This document shows, piece after piece, positions 13,155 to 25,374 of a stretch of DNA of 64,000 nucleotides. Source of the stretch: Leucoraja ocellata (lineage: Eukaryota); NCBI GenBank assembly GCA_036785375.1, contig JAWMAR010000300.1, positions 248,001 through 312,000 on the forward strand, in the 5' to 3' direction. A program made the translations under genes and the position numbers. Numbering within the stretch: the stretch's first letter is position 1; every line of letters begins with the position of its first letter. Under the pieces are notes generated by a model. That model worked only from the letters and a program-made list of their open reading frames with translations. It was not told the DNA's origin and did no database searches.

Positions 13155-13545
13155 CTTTATGCTGCCTTGGGAAAGCTGCCGACATAATCATGGACCATTT
13201 ACACCCTCTTCATTCACTCTTCTTACTCCCGTCGGGCAGAAGACCCAACAACTTGAAAGCACATACCACCAGATTCAGGAACAGCTTCTTCCTCTCTTGT
13301 ATCGGACTACTGAACGGTTGTCCCATAAATCAGGGTGTAGTCCCAATCTTCCAACCTGCCTTCATTGCGGACACTAAACTTTTCCTTTGTAACTGTATTG
13401 TTACAATGCTGTAACACTCTATTCTGCACTCTGTTATTTATTCTCATTGAACAACCTGTTGTTCTTGTGCATGACTTAATTTTACTCGTGTACGGTATGA
13501 TCTGATTTAATTGATCAGCATGCAAACAAAAGCTTTTCGCTGTAA
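13155..13545 (+). mobile_element. Rex1/Babar-like LINE 3' end
   Basis: CLGKAADIIMDHLHPLHSLFLLPSGRR...TTRFRNSFF is the typical Rex1/Babar C-terminus. Confidence 0.8.
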
Positions 13546-14762
13546 CTCAACGGTACAGACTTTTTTAAAATGTATGTTTGTGTAGAGCTTGTAACAGAGT
13601 AAGCTGGGATATGGATCAGGCCATAATTGCAATGGGGTATAACACTCACACATGCTGAACATTGAGGTACTGGCCTGAAGATTGTGGCAGTGGCACTGAT
13701 TTTTATTTTAAAACAGGAACTGAAAGGAACATCGCTGCAGATACGAGAAATCTGATATAAACACCAAATGCTGGATATATTGGTATTGGTTTTCTCCTGA
13801 GATGCTGCCTGTCCCTCTGAGTTACTCCAGCATTTTGTGTCTATCTTTTCTTTCTTTAATCATGCAGTCTGACTCCTTCAAGATAATGCAGAGGTTTAGC
13901 TGCAGGATAGAGTCAGACGGCATGATTAAAGGAAGAGGCGTTCTTTGTTTACCTTGGTAGGGAGGTTAGGGACCTCTGGTTTAGCTTCTGCCATTAGTAA
14001 AATATTCACAACACATTGTCATAAGAGAGAGAGGGGAAAAAAACCAAGTTGCAGTTCTGACATTGGGTAGATAAATTATAACTTTCCCTCCAGTTCATCA
14101 AGAATCTTCCCAATCCACTCAATAATTGCAAAGGATTTAGCATCAATTACTGGGGGGGAAATGGTGAAACCATGGCAACACTGTTTGTTCTTGCAATATG
14201 GAAGAATGAATGGAAAAATCCCCACAGAGAGCACAGCAGCATAACTAGGGCAACTCCACTCAAACCTTTTTTGAATCAATACGTTGAGGCTAGATTATAC
14301 CCTCGGGGAATGGAGTTATTATAACCATAGCAACGTAAAGGTTAATTATCACAGACCACAAAACAGGAGTGGTAATGGGACCTGCAAGAAGACAGATGAT
14401 CACAACAACAAAAGGAAAGCCTAGAAGGGGAAACAGTGAGAAAAGGGAGAATGACAGTGCGGAAACATGCTATAAAGATGCAGTGTATTCAGATGGGGAG
14501 CGATTTGACTCATTAATACTTATCTAGGGTTTTTAAAGAAATGCATGCTGAAAGATAGTATAATAAAAATAAAAATCTGTAAAATGATAGCAAAACTACC
14601 TGTCACTTTGCCCAAAAGACACTTACACCAGTTGAAAAGACCACACTCTAAAAACATAGAAAGATTTTTAATGGAGTGTTTTACTGAAAAAAGATCTCAG
14701 CCAATTTTGTTCCAATGTCTAATTTCCTAACACTGGAAAGAGTTCACTACCAAGAACTTGGG

Positions 14763-15028
14763 CCCCTTTTCCGGGGTTACGTCCGTGCCTGGGTGCGGTT
14801 AGAAAGGGAATACGCCCTGTCTGCGGGCACCCTGAGGGAGTTCCGGGACCGCTGGGCTCCGCATGGTGTAGAATTTATCCTCAATAAGGATTGTATCATA
14901 ATTGTATAATAGTTTATTATGGATATATGTTTGTATTGTATTATGGTGGTGGGCTCTGGCTTGTTTTATTGTAGTGTAAATATTATTTTTTAATAATTGA
15001 ATAAATGTTTTGATTAAAAAGACCAAAA
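14763..15028 (+). mobile_element. Tx1/L1-like LINE extreme 3' end
   Basis: PLFRGYVRAWVRLEREYALSAGTLREFRDRWAP...*, then a short T-rich UTR with AATAAA and an A-rich tail; aacttggg duplicated at 14755-14762 and 15029-15036. Confidence 0.6.
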
Positions 15029-16457
15029 AACTTGGGGTATAAAACCCACCAGCCGTCAAAATTCAGTCTGCTCATACCTCAATGCACGTACAAAGACATC
15101 CAGCTGATGAGGGAGTCACCAACATTTATTTTAGTTGGGTCTAATACTGACGCCCCTGAATAGAAATGAAATGGGAATCCACAATTCTCCCTTGATTGTT
15201 GAGTTGATAAATGCACCATCTGCTGTGGTACTGAGATTGTAATAAAATAATGTCCCAGGTTTGAATCCCCCATCTGTTGTCCACTAATCTCAGTTGGATT
15301 ATCATTTGGGTATTACAATTGGTTTCAATGCCTGAGGGCTCAAACAATGACAGTTTTACACCTTACTCGTGGAATCCGCCAACCTCACCTGTGCCATAAA
15401 TTGTTTATCATTATAGAAATGGAGATGCAGACGATCCCTACATTTCTGCTGCTTTTGGCATTTTGCAAAACCTTCCCTGGCTAAGAATCGAGATCTGAAA
15501 CTTTTCTTGTGTTGGAGCAAATCCATTCTGCAGCATGGCATATCCCTGCATTCAAACCGAGGAAGCTTTGAGCAATGTAATGTGGCATAAGACCTTGCAT
15601 ATAGTTCCACATCCCGTCTGGCACAAGCAGGATTACAAAAATGTAATTATCACAAGATTATCAGAAAGTACCCTGTCAGCATTTTTTGTTCAGTGTACTC
15701 TGAGACTCATCCAAATATTCCGGACAGTCACCGTACATCACACAACAAATGTGAGAACTAGACCATCGTTAGCAATGAACAGATATGTTAACAAAATAAG
15801 AATTAATGATAAAGAAAATTATTTAAAGCAATCTGCCTATTCTGCTAACATCTATTGTCCAGCTCTTTATTCTGTGAAATAATTCATGGCTACATTTTCC
15901 TTGTATGTACTCCGTATGATTAATGCAATAATTAAAAATATCTGCACATTCAAAATCCCAGCTACCTGATGATAATTAAAAAATAATCAGTCTAAGTTAT
16001 TTTAAATGTTTCAGGTCTTTTAAAGGTTTCAGGTCTTTCTTATTTATAAATATTCTACCTCACACTGTCATGCAACAATCTAAATGATTTCAATTCTAGT
16101 CTTTTTTCCACAATGCACTGACAATGGTTTGTTGCAACAATAAAACATTTTCCCTCATTGCATGTTGTCCAAAGATATGCTCTTCTAATATCTTTGATGT
16201 TGTCTCTCTGAAAAATATGCACAGCCACTGCAGTTTCTTGACAATGCAGACAAAATGATCTCTTAAATTTACACAATGCAGAGGTTCTAAGCAAAAACAA
16301 TCAATTAAGAACAATCCTTTCTATTTACTATATCCATATAGCATTGTCTTCCCATAATCTGGTCTTGACCAGCTTACCTTCGTTGCCTTTACATGAATTC
16401 CATCTCTGTTGATGGAACTGGGACATCAACAGTAATGTGTGAGTAAACTGAGAGTAA

Positions 16458-16848
16458 AGGGCCTGTCCCACGAGCATGCGACTCCATGCGGCAAGCACGA
16501 CCAAACCGGAAACGGGGGCCGCGCGGAGGTCGAGTGCGTGACGTGAAGTTCGAGCGAAGTCTGTGGGAAGTTTGCGCGTGACTTACGGCGTCAAGACGCT
16601 GCGCACGCCCGTCGAGGCGGTGCGTACGGCGTCGACGCAGCTGCGGGCCGGTAGGGCCGCCGTTGCCGCGCAGAATTTTTGAACAGTGTCAGTTTTTCGG
16701 AGCCCCGCGAAATGTCGGGACCAGCTCTGCACAACTCCATACGGCTCTGGCGATCGAAGTGGGACCGGCTCCGCGAGGCCGTACGGCTCAAGCGACTACG
16801 TTAGGTCGCGCTTGCTGCATGCAGTCGCATGCTCGTAGGACAGGCCCT
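16458..16848. mobile_element. PIF/Harbinger-type MITE, CpG-rich
   Basis: About 45-bp imperfect terminal inverted repeats (TIRs) starting AGGGCCTGTCCCACGAGCATGCGACT; flanks TAA and TTA. Confidence 0.8.
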
Positions 16849-17954
16849 TTAAGTTTCACAGATAGATGGATGGTGGGGCAGCCACAGGCATGGCAGTCAT
16901 TGCAGCTGAGTCACTGCTCCATCAGCCCATGTCCACTACTAATCTCTGTTGCTGTATGGAGTTGCAAAATCTTCCTGTGAACTGTTTCCCTGGTTTCCTC
17001 TCACCTTATTAGGTTAATTGATCACTGAAAATTACCCCTGGTATATGTCGCTAGAGGGAGAATTGGGGGGGGGGGGGGGTGTTAATAGGCGTGTGAGAGG
17101 AGAGAGGGGGCACGAGGAACTGCAGATGCTGAAGAAGGGGAATTGGGATTGCTCAGAACTGATATTGTCTTCTATGTAATAAGGAAATAGACATAAAAAA
17201 ATAAAGATATACATAAAGATGTTTATTTGCTATTAATTTATGAGTCTGGATAGAATCACAGCAAAAGGCCCTTTTGGTCCATACTGACCAAGATGCCCCA
17301 GCTAAGCTCATTCCATATCATTAAGCATTTGCCCCATATCCTTCCAACCCCTTTCTGATCCATATACCCATCCAAGTGTCTTTTAAATATTGTTATAATA
17401 CATGTCTCAACTACCTTCTCAGACTTTGGAGCAACAGATATTTTTCAGTAGATACAGCTCTTGTCCGAGGTTCCAGGCACAAGGAAGTGCAGATGCTGGT
17501 TTACAAAAAAAGATACAACACGCTGGAGTAACTCAACAGGCCAGGAAGCATTTCTGGAAGACATGGAGAAGTGATGTTTCTTCAGACTGGAGTTCAGGAG
17601 TAATTTATTCCACCATTTTGTGGCTTTCTTTTACAGAAGATCCAGAGTTTAATTTCTACTTCAACGAACCAAGGACAAAGGTTTCTGTGGACCCACCAAG
17701 GCAATGCTGAGGAGGTGCAGCACTATCAGAGATGCAATCTTTTGGATGACTCACTGACCCCCCGGGCTTTCTCATATGTACACAACAGATTCTTGGCACG
17801 ACTTTAAAGCAGCACATTCATTCCACAGAGGAAGGAAATAATGTATTGCCTTGGATTCCATTTCCTAATCACCACCATTCAACAAAATACCCCATGGTCG
17901 GTGTTCAATTGCACTTAATGCAAAAGCACAACTCAACTGGGATGACGATGCAGC

Positions 17955-18455
17955 TTCATAGGCATTTGGAGTATTGTGAGCCGTCCTGGTCGCCCCATTT
18001 CAGGAAAGATGTGGAGGCTTTGGAGAGGACGCTGAGGAGGTTTACCAGAATGCTGCCTGGATCAGAGGGTTTCAGCTACAGGAAGAGCATTGGATAGACT
18101 TGGATTGTTTTCACTAGAACGTTGGAGGTTGAAGGGAGATTTGATAGAAGTATAGAAAAATGTTGATGGGGTAGACAGATCTTTGTTTCTGGGGTGGAAA
18201 CGTTCAACACTAGAGGGTATAGATGGAGGGGGAGATATGCAGGGCTTTTTTTTTACACAAGAGTATTTGGGGCCCGGATCACATTGCCAGGGGAGGTGGA
18301 GGAGGCTGATACAACAGGAGCTTTCAAGCTTTTTGATAGGAAAATTGAAGTGCAGAGACTAGAGGGATACAGATCATGTACAGGCAGATGAGATCAGTGT
18401 AATTTGGCATTATGTTTGGTACAGATAATCCTGTGCTGTACTGTTCTATGTTCTA
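17955..18455 (+). mobile_element. Degraded CR1 3' fragment
   Basis: HLEYCEPSWSPHFRKDVEALER...RFTRMLPG; (GTTCTAT) tail. Confidence 0.8.
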
Positions 18456-19040
18456 CATCCCATGTTGTAACTCCTGCAACTCCTCCAATAGTCACATGCT
18501 CCATTCTTTCCTTGTTTAATATCATGAAAGGATTAAAATTTGGAAAGCACCTGAAAACTGCTAGCAACCACTGAGCATCAACGTAAGACAGCATTTGTAA
18601 AAAGAGAAAGACAATGGCAATTTTCTTCATTTTGGGCAAATTGACAGTATGTTATTCATAAATCCGAGAGCAGATGTGGCTGGGAAATAGCTAACTCAAA
18701 TGGGTTTACTTTGTCAGTGTGCCCTGATAGGATCAGCGAGTCCATAGCCTGAACAAAACAGACACACACACACCGTATAAATTGTTGCAAATGATGCAGA
18801 AAATGATCCATTGAAGGAGGAACTTACTGCAACAATGTTTAGTGAATTCAGCATGTGTACTAAGAGCCTGCCATGCAATTCTCACGTTTTCCTTTTTACC
18901 ATTACAATGAGAACTGTTGCAAAGATCAAAGTCAAATTAGTTCAAAGCAACATGGAGATGTAGTTTTTAAGAGGGAACTGCAGATGCTGGAGAATCGAAG
19001 GTTACACAAAAAAGCTGGAGATGTAGTTTATTTGTCTAGA

Positions 19041-19100
19041 TGTGTTAGAGGTCTCATATCTGTATTAGAGGTCTCATATCTGTATTAGAGGTCTCATATT
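19041..19100. repeat. 20-bp tandem repeat, three copies
   Basis: (tgtattagaggtctcatatc)x3, first copy slightly shorter. Confidence 0.9.
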
Positions 19101-19123
19101 TGTCTAGTCTGTGTCAGTGCTTA

Positions 19124-20725
19124 TGAGCCTGTCCCACTTAGGCGATTTTTCAGTTGACTGCCGCGACTGTCAAGTTGCCGGCAGTCGCCTGAAAAACCGG
19201 CAACTGAAACGGCGACTGTCAGAGTACACACACATCGTTTCCTTCACCAGCCCGTTATGCAGGCGAGGGACAGGGGGGAGCGCTGTCTGAGTGAAATTCA
19301 CATGGTGCAAAGCCAAGGTGATACAGACACACACCGTGATGAACAGGAAGGCTGGCATTGTAATTAAGACGGCTAAAGCACATTGTATGGTAAGTCCTTT
19401 AAAAGAGGGGGGAGAGGGGGGAGAAGGAGGGAGAAGGAGTGGAGCCAACTTTTAAGAAGCCAGAGATACACGGCTGTGAAGCTCGGTGGACATTTAACAT
19501 TACCGATCGTTTATCCTTGGTTCTGAAAACTATTGGTTACGATTTTTTTCCCAATGAGCCAATGAAATTCACCGGTTTGACCGGTACAACCTACGAGAAA
19601 CTACGAGAACCTTCGACCTCCTAGGAACCCACTAGGACCTCCTGGCGACTCACCTACGGCACGAGAATTCTGGCTACTCTCCATGGCAGCTTCATTCTGG
19701 TCGTCGCAAATTTTTTAACATTTTGAAAAATTTGCAGCAACCGTAATGAGGCCACGACTAGTTCCCAGAATGCGGGAACTCCTCACGACCATGAAGGCGA
19801 CTCCCCGGCAACCACCCGCGAACATGTGGCAACCATATGGCGACTGTATAGTCAGATTCAGATTCAGATTCAGATTCAATTTTAATTGTCATTGTCAGTG
19901 TACAGTACAGAGACAACGAAATGCATTTAGCATCTCCCTGGAAGAGCGACATAGCAAATGATTTGAATAAATAATAATAAGTGTCCGGGGGGGGTGGTGA
20001 TTGGCAGTCACCGAGGTACGTTGTTGAGTAGAGTGACAGCCGCCGGGAAGAAGCTGTTCCTCGACCTGTTGGTTCAGCAACGGAGATACCTGTAGCGCCT
20101 CCCGGATGGTAGGAGGGTAAACAGTCCATGGTTGGGGTGAGAGCAGTCCTTGGCGATGCTGAGCGCCCTCCGCAGACAATGCTTGCTTTGGACAGACTCA
20201 ATGGAGGGGAGCGAGGAACCGGTGATGCGTTGGGCAATTTTCACCACCCTCTGCAATGCCTTCTGGTCGGAGACAGAGCAGTTGCCATACCATACTGTGA
20301 TGCAGTTGGTAAGGATGCTCTCGATGGTGCAGCGGTAGAAGTTCACCAGGATCTGAGGAGACAGATGGACCTTCTTCAGTCTCCTCAGAAAGAAGAGACG
20401 CTGGTGAGCCTTCTTGATCAGAATTGAGGTATTGTGGGTCCAAGAGAGGTCATCGGAGATGTTGACTCCCAGGAACCTGAAGCTAGAAACACGTTCCACC
20501 TCCGTCCCGTTAATGTGGATGGGGGTGTGCGTGCCGCCTCTGGACTTCCTGAAGTCTACAATGAGCTCCTTGGTCTTCTTGGAGTTAAGGGCCAGGTTGT
20601 TGTCAGCGCACCATGCTGCTAAGTGCTGGACCTCCTGTAGGCCGACTCATCGTTGTTGCTGATGAGTCGGCCTACAGGGAGTCTCCTGCAGTCGCCTAAA
20701 AAGTCACCTAAATGGGACAAGCCCA
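19124..20725. mobile_element. PIF/Harbinger-type non-autonomous element interrupted by a LINE
   Basis: TIRs TGAGCCTGTCCCACTTAGGCGATTTTT / AAAAAGTCACCTAAATGGGACAAGCCCA; exact TTA TSD at 19121-19123 and 20726-20728. Confidence 0.85.
19854..20679 (-). mobile_element. Young Rex1/Babar-like LINE 3' fragment nested in the Harbinger element
   Basis: ERVSSFRFLGVNISDDLSW...FYRCTIESILT..ITVWYG...LLPSGRRY; (GAATCT)4 tail at 19854-19877; agtc on both sides. Confidence 0.9.
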
Positions 20726-21525
20726 TTACTCTCCATCTGAACAGATATTTCCTAACGCATTTACCTACTCTGCACTTGCCTATTGGGTTACACAGTTGAT
20801 CTAACACGATTCTACATGTCACAGCGGATAATATATTAAAACAATTAAAGCAGTGGAAAAATGGTCGATAATGCCTTATATTATCTTGGACCCATAAAAG
20901 GAATAGTCAAACGCTCAAATTATTAGATTCAAAAGGCAAGTTGTACTAAGATCAACTCAAATTACAGCTGGAGTTTGATACCTTCTGTTGTTCATGAAAA
21001 CCTATCCTTTAGGTCACTCCATACTGACCTCAAAATATCAGAAAATAACTAGAATCAAAACAAAAATCGGTCATTATAATCCCCAAAATTACCCCCTAAT
21101 TCAGGTATCATTCTAGCAAACTTCCTCTGCACCCTTTAAAAAGTCACCACATCTTTCCTGGAATGGCACAACCTGAACTGCACGCAATACTCCAAATGCA
21201 GCCTAATCAAAGTCCCATTGTGACTTCCTGACTTCTCTTGTACTCAATGCCCTGACTGTGAAAGCAATGATGCTGTATGTCTTCTTTACCACTCCATCTA
21301 CTTGTGTTGCCACTTTCAGGGAGCTATGGACTTGGACCCCAAGATCCCTTGATGTATTTATTCAGGCTCTTCTCTGTTACTTACAAATACTTTTAATTTT
21401 TCTATCAAAAAAATAGATAATATTTAGATATTGACATAATTAATTAATAACATGATAATGATATTGCACATTTTAATACACAATAATTTTGGTCCTCTAA
21501 TTAGCAAATGTTTAACTACAGCTAT

Positions 21526-21526
21526 G

Positions 21527-21590
<64 letters not shown>

Positions 21591-22768
21591 ATTTTATTTG
21601 CTGGCGCCTTTCTGGACAGCCAAGGACACTTTACAGGACATAAAATCACAATACATTTATCAATATTAAAATCAAGTTGATTAAAAACAAAAACAAAAAC
21701 AAACAAATACACAAAACATTTTAAGTCATTAAAATCAGGGTGAACATGGTGGAAGTTATGTCGGGTATGCTAATCTAAATAGGTGTGTTTTGAGTTGTGA
21801 TTTGAATTGATCGATAGTGTCCAGGTGACGGATGGGAGGTGGGAGAGTGTTCCAGAGACGTGGGGCAGAGCAGCTGAAGGCTCTGGCACCCATGGTGCTG
21901 AGTCTAGATGTGTGGACAGTTAAAATTGCAGCTGAGGAGGAACAAAGTGACTGGGAAGGAGTGTATGGTAGCAGCAGGTCAGAGAGGTATTGGGGAGCAA
22001 GGTGGTGTAGGGCTTTGAAGGTCAGCAGTAAAATCTTGTAGTTAATCCGGTGGTGCACAGGGAGCCAGTGGAGCTGAGTGAGGATGGGTGTGATGTGGTC
22101 CGATGATCTGGTGCGGGTGATGATCCAGGCTGCAGAGTTCTGAATGCATTGGAGGCGATGAAGAAGTTTATTGGAGGTGCAAGTGAGGAGGGCGTTGCAG
22201 TAATCGATGCGGGATGTGACCAGAGCGTGGATGAGGATTTTTGTATTGTCTTTGGAGAGGGAGGGGCGGAGTCTGGAGATGTTGAGGAGATGAAAGTATG
22301 CAGAGCGTGTGATATTGCTGATGTGGGGGCCAAAGGAAAGTGTACTGTCCAGAATGACGCCGAGACTTTTGGCATGGGAGGAGGTGGGTACGGATGAGCC
22401 ATCAACTGAAATGGTGAACGGGTGGGTTTTGGAGAGTGTGGACCTTGAGCCAATTAGCATGATTTCTGTTTTATTTCCATTGAGTTTTAGAAGGTTGAGT
22501 GACATCCAGTTGCTGATAGCTTGAAGACAGGTGGTGACGGCAGTTGGGGGAAGGGAGGTGTTTGGTTTCGTGGAGAGGTAAAGTTGTGTATCATTGGCGT
22601 AGCAGTGAAAATTGATTCCAAAATGACGGAGAATATTGCCAAGAGGTTGAATATAGATGATAAAAAGCAGTGGCCCCAGCACCGATCCCTGAGGAACACC
22701 ATGGGTGACTGTGGCAGTTGTGGATGTGACTTTATTTCCCTGGATGAACTGTTTTCTGTCGTTTTCTG
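21526..22768 (-). mobile_element. L2-clade LINE, 5'-truncated, recent, with (TAT)n tail
   Basis: Open RT frame [13 protein letters not shown] / [10 protein letters not shown] / [13 protein letters not shown] / [10 protein letters not shown]; perfect 12-bp TSD aactacagctat at 21514-21525 and 22769-22780. Confidence 0.92.
21527..21589. repeat. (TAA)n microsatellite, about 21 units, the tail of the L2 element
   Basis: Read directly from the sequence. Confidence 0.97.
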
Positions 22769-23237
22769 AACTACAGCTATCAGGCAATCTATTATTGTTA
22801 GACGGATTTCACCTTCATGAAGGACTGAAATACTAATTTACAAGACTACCAGATGGATTGAAGTTTGAATTGGCGGCTGCATATTAAAATAGGAATATTA
22901 AATAGACCTGTGAAGTGAGAACCTTCAGATAATTGTTACCACTATTTAAAATGTGTATATTTTGCCAGCCCTTACTTAGTTGCAGAAAGGATATCAGTCA
23001 GAATATGCACTATCTTTAACAATCCCCTTAAACAATCACCTCTGCCTTATTCACTCAAATAAAGATCAACCAGGTCCCACTTTCAGGTTTGTAGCAATAT
23101 AGCCACATGAGCATCTGCCACATCATGTTGATCTTTTAACAGGCATAATCAATCCAAATCAATTCCAACAGCCTTTCATTTGGTAATGAAAATATGTGCA
23201 TCATCAATTGTTTATAAAAACAGAATATTTGGAAATA

Positions 23238-24468
23238 CAGGTGCACAACCTTTTATCCGGAGTTCCAGAAACCGAAAAGCTCCGAAAACCGGCCATTTTT
23301 TCCAGATGTCGTCTGCGCACCAAAGCTCGCGTTTGGCGCCAAACTTGACCCAAAACGACCCACGGTCAACCCAGGTCTGTACTACTGTAGCGGCTGCCTC
23401 CTCCCTGGAGACCGGGAGACGCTTAAACATCTGTAAATCATTGCTTAAATGTTAGTCAGTTAGTTTGGAGGGCTTTTATGTGAAGGGGGGTGAAGGGGTA
23501 AACTTTAATTCTTAGTCTCCTACCTGGTCGGAGAGGCGGGGAGCGGTCAATGCCTTACCGGGTCGCTGTGCAGTAAGCTCCGCAGCACTGTGGCCGGTGG
23601 GGCCGCGGGCGGCGCCGGTTGTAGCTCCGACCCCGGCAACTCTACCCCTGGCTGCGAGGCGCTCCAAATCCAGCGCTACCCGCGGCCGGACGCCCCAGCT
23701 CCGCGAATGTCGGGAGTCGGCGGCGTCGCAGCGCTGGGATACCAGCGGGGTGCGGGCAATGCCTTACCGGGTCGCCGTGCGGCAAGCTCCGGAGCGCTGT
23801 GGCCGCCGACACACAACATCGCGGAGCGTCGCTGGATTTGGAGCCGCGCAGCCAGGGGTAGAGTTGCCGGGGTCGGAGCTCCAACCGGCGCCGCCCGCGG
23901 CCGGACGGAGCCCCCAGCTCCGCGGCTCCAAATCCAGCGACGCTCCGCGAATGTTGGAAGAAGGCAGCCACAGCGCTCCGGAGCTTGCCGCACGGCGACC
24001 CGGTAAGGCATTGCCCGCTCCCCGCTGGTATCCCAGCGCTGCGACGCCGCCGACTCCCGACATTCTCGGAGCTGGGACGTCCGGCTGCGGGCCGCGCTGG
24101 ATTTGGAGCGCCTCGCAGCCAGGGGTAGAGTTGCCGGGGTCGGAGCTACAACCGGCACCGCCCGCGGCCGGACGGAGCCCCCAGCTCCGCGAGGTTGGGA
24201 GTCGCCGACCAGGTAGGTAAGGGACTAAGAATTAAAGTTTCCCCCTTCACCCCTACACCACCACATAAAATCCCTCCAAACTAACTGACTAACATTTATG
24301 CAATGATTCTCCCGGTCTCCGAGGAGGAGGCAGCTGCTCCAGACTTTTCAAGCCGCCCGCGCTACCTACCTAATCTACGCTAAAAATCTTCCATTCTGAA
24401 ATCCGAAAATGTCCGAAATCCGACAAGTGTCTGGTCCCAAGGCTTTCGGATAAAAGGTTGTGCACCTG
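23238..24468. mobile_element. Tc1/mariner (pogo/Tigger-like) non-autonomous foldback element with a GC-rich palindromic interior
   Basis: Perfect 22-bp TIR CAGGTGCACAACCTTTTATCCG, TA TSD (23236-37, 24469-70), long internal inverted repeats, no transposase motifs. Confidence 0.88.
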
Positions 24469-25374
24469 TATTAGAAAAAATATTTTAAATGAGAAAAAAA
24501 AGCCTAATCCTTTCTCTTTAAATGCATTTTGTCTGAGTCCATATTGGTTGATGAAGGAAAGAACAATAGTATTAATTGAAACATTTTGCCAGCTTTCCCT
24601 TAAAAGGAATGTCCAATTCAGCAAAAACAAACCAGAGAATATTAAATAACTGCAATAGGACAGTAGTTTAAAGCCAGCCCCTGGATTTCAGTCAAAAACT
24701 GCACCGCTAAGAAATTGTAATTTTTGTCTTCAAAACAGAGCAAGTCTTTCTCTTCACAGCCTGAAGTGTTTTCCCAAGGCAGAGATAGTGTAATGTTTTC
24801 TTATTATGTAAGAAGACAATTCCTACTCCCTCTGAACACCAGTCTTATCCACCTTTAGAATGCTCTTACTTAACCAGCCCAGACTTTTACAGGATTGTGC
24901 ATCTCGTCACTTCTGTCATCTTGTGCTTCTGCTGGTATGACCTAAATGACCTGAGGGAGGGAGACCTAAATATCTGGATCAAAGACTTTGAATAGAGATA
25001 CTGAGGGATGCCTGCACATAGATCTTGCTGCCACATCAAATATTGGAAGTCACAGTTTATTACAGAATATACCCTATAATACATTGCTTGCCAGAGTCAA
25101 CGTATTACAAATTCTCACTTGCCAAAGCCTTTCCTTTATGTTACAATTTTCAGCTCATCTAATTCATACAATATCTTATTTCTTCACACCTTTCATTAAT
25201 TTTGATATTGTTTTTAAAAACATACTGCCTGCACGAACTCTTGACATTTGTAGATTTAAAAAAAAACAGCTTGCAAGTGCAAAGCAATCATAAATATTCC
25301 ACAATAGTGGCAATTAAGAGGCATTTAGATAGGCACAAGAAGTGTATGGAATAGAGGGATATGGTTCAAGGTTC

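Noticed and set aside
21452-21712. Poly-Ile and poly-Tyr ORFs
   Set aside because: Translations of the (TAA)n tail of the L2 element.
23590-24220. Multiple long overlapping ORFs; possible CpG-island promoter or exon 1 of FAM171A1
   Set aside because: Stop-poor GC-rich palindrome bounded by TIRs and a TA TSD, with no signal peptide or domain similarity.
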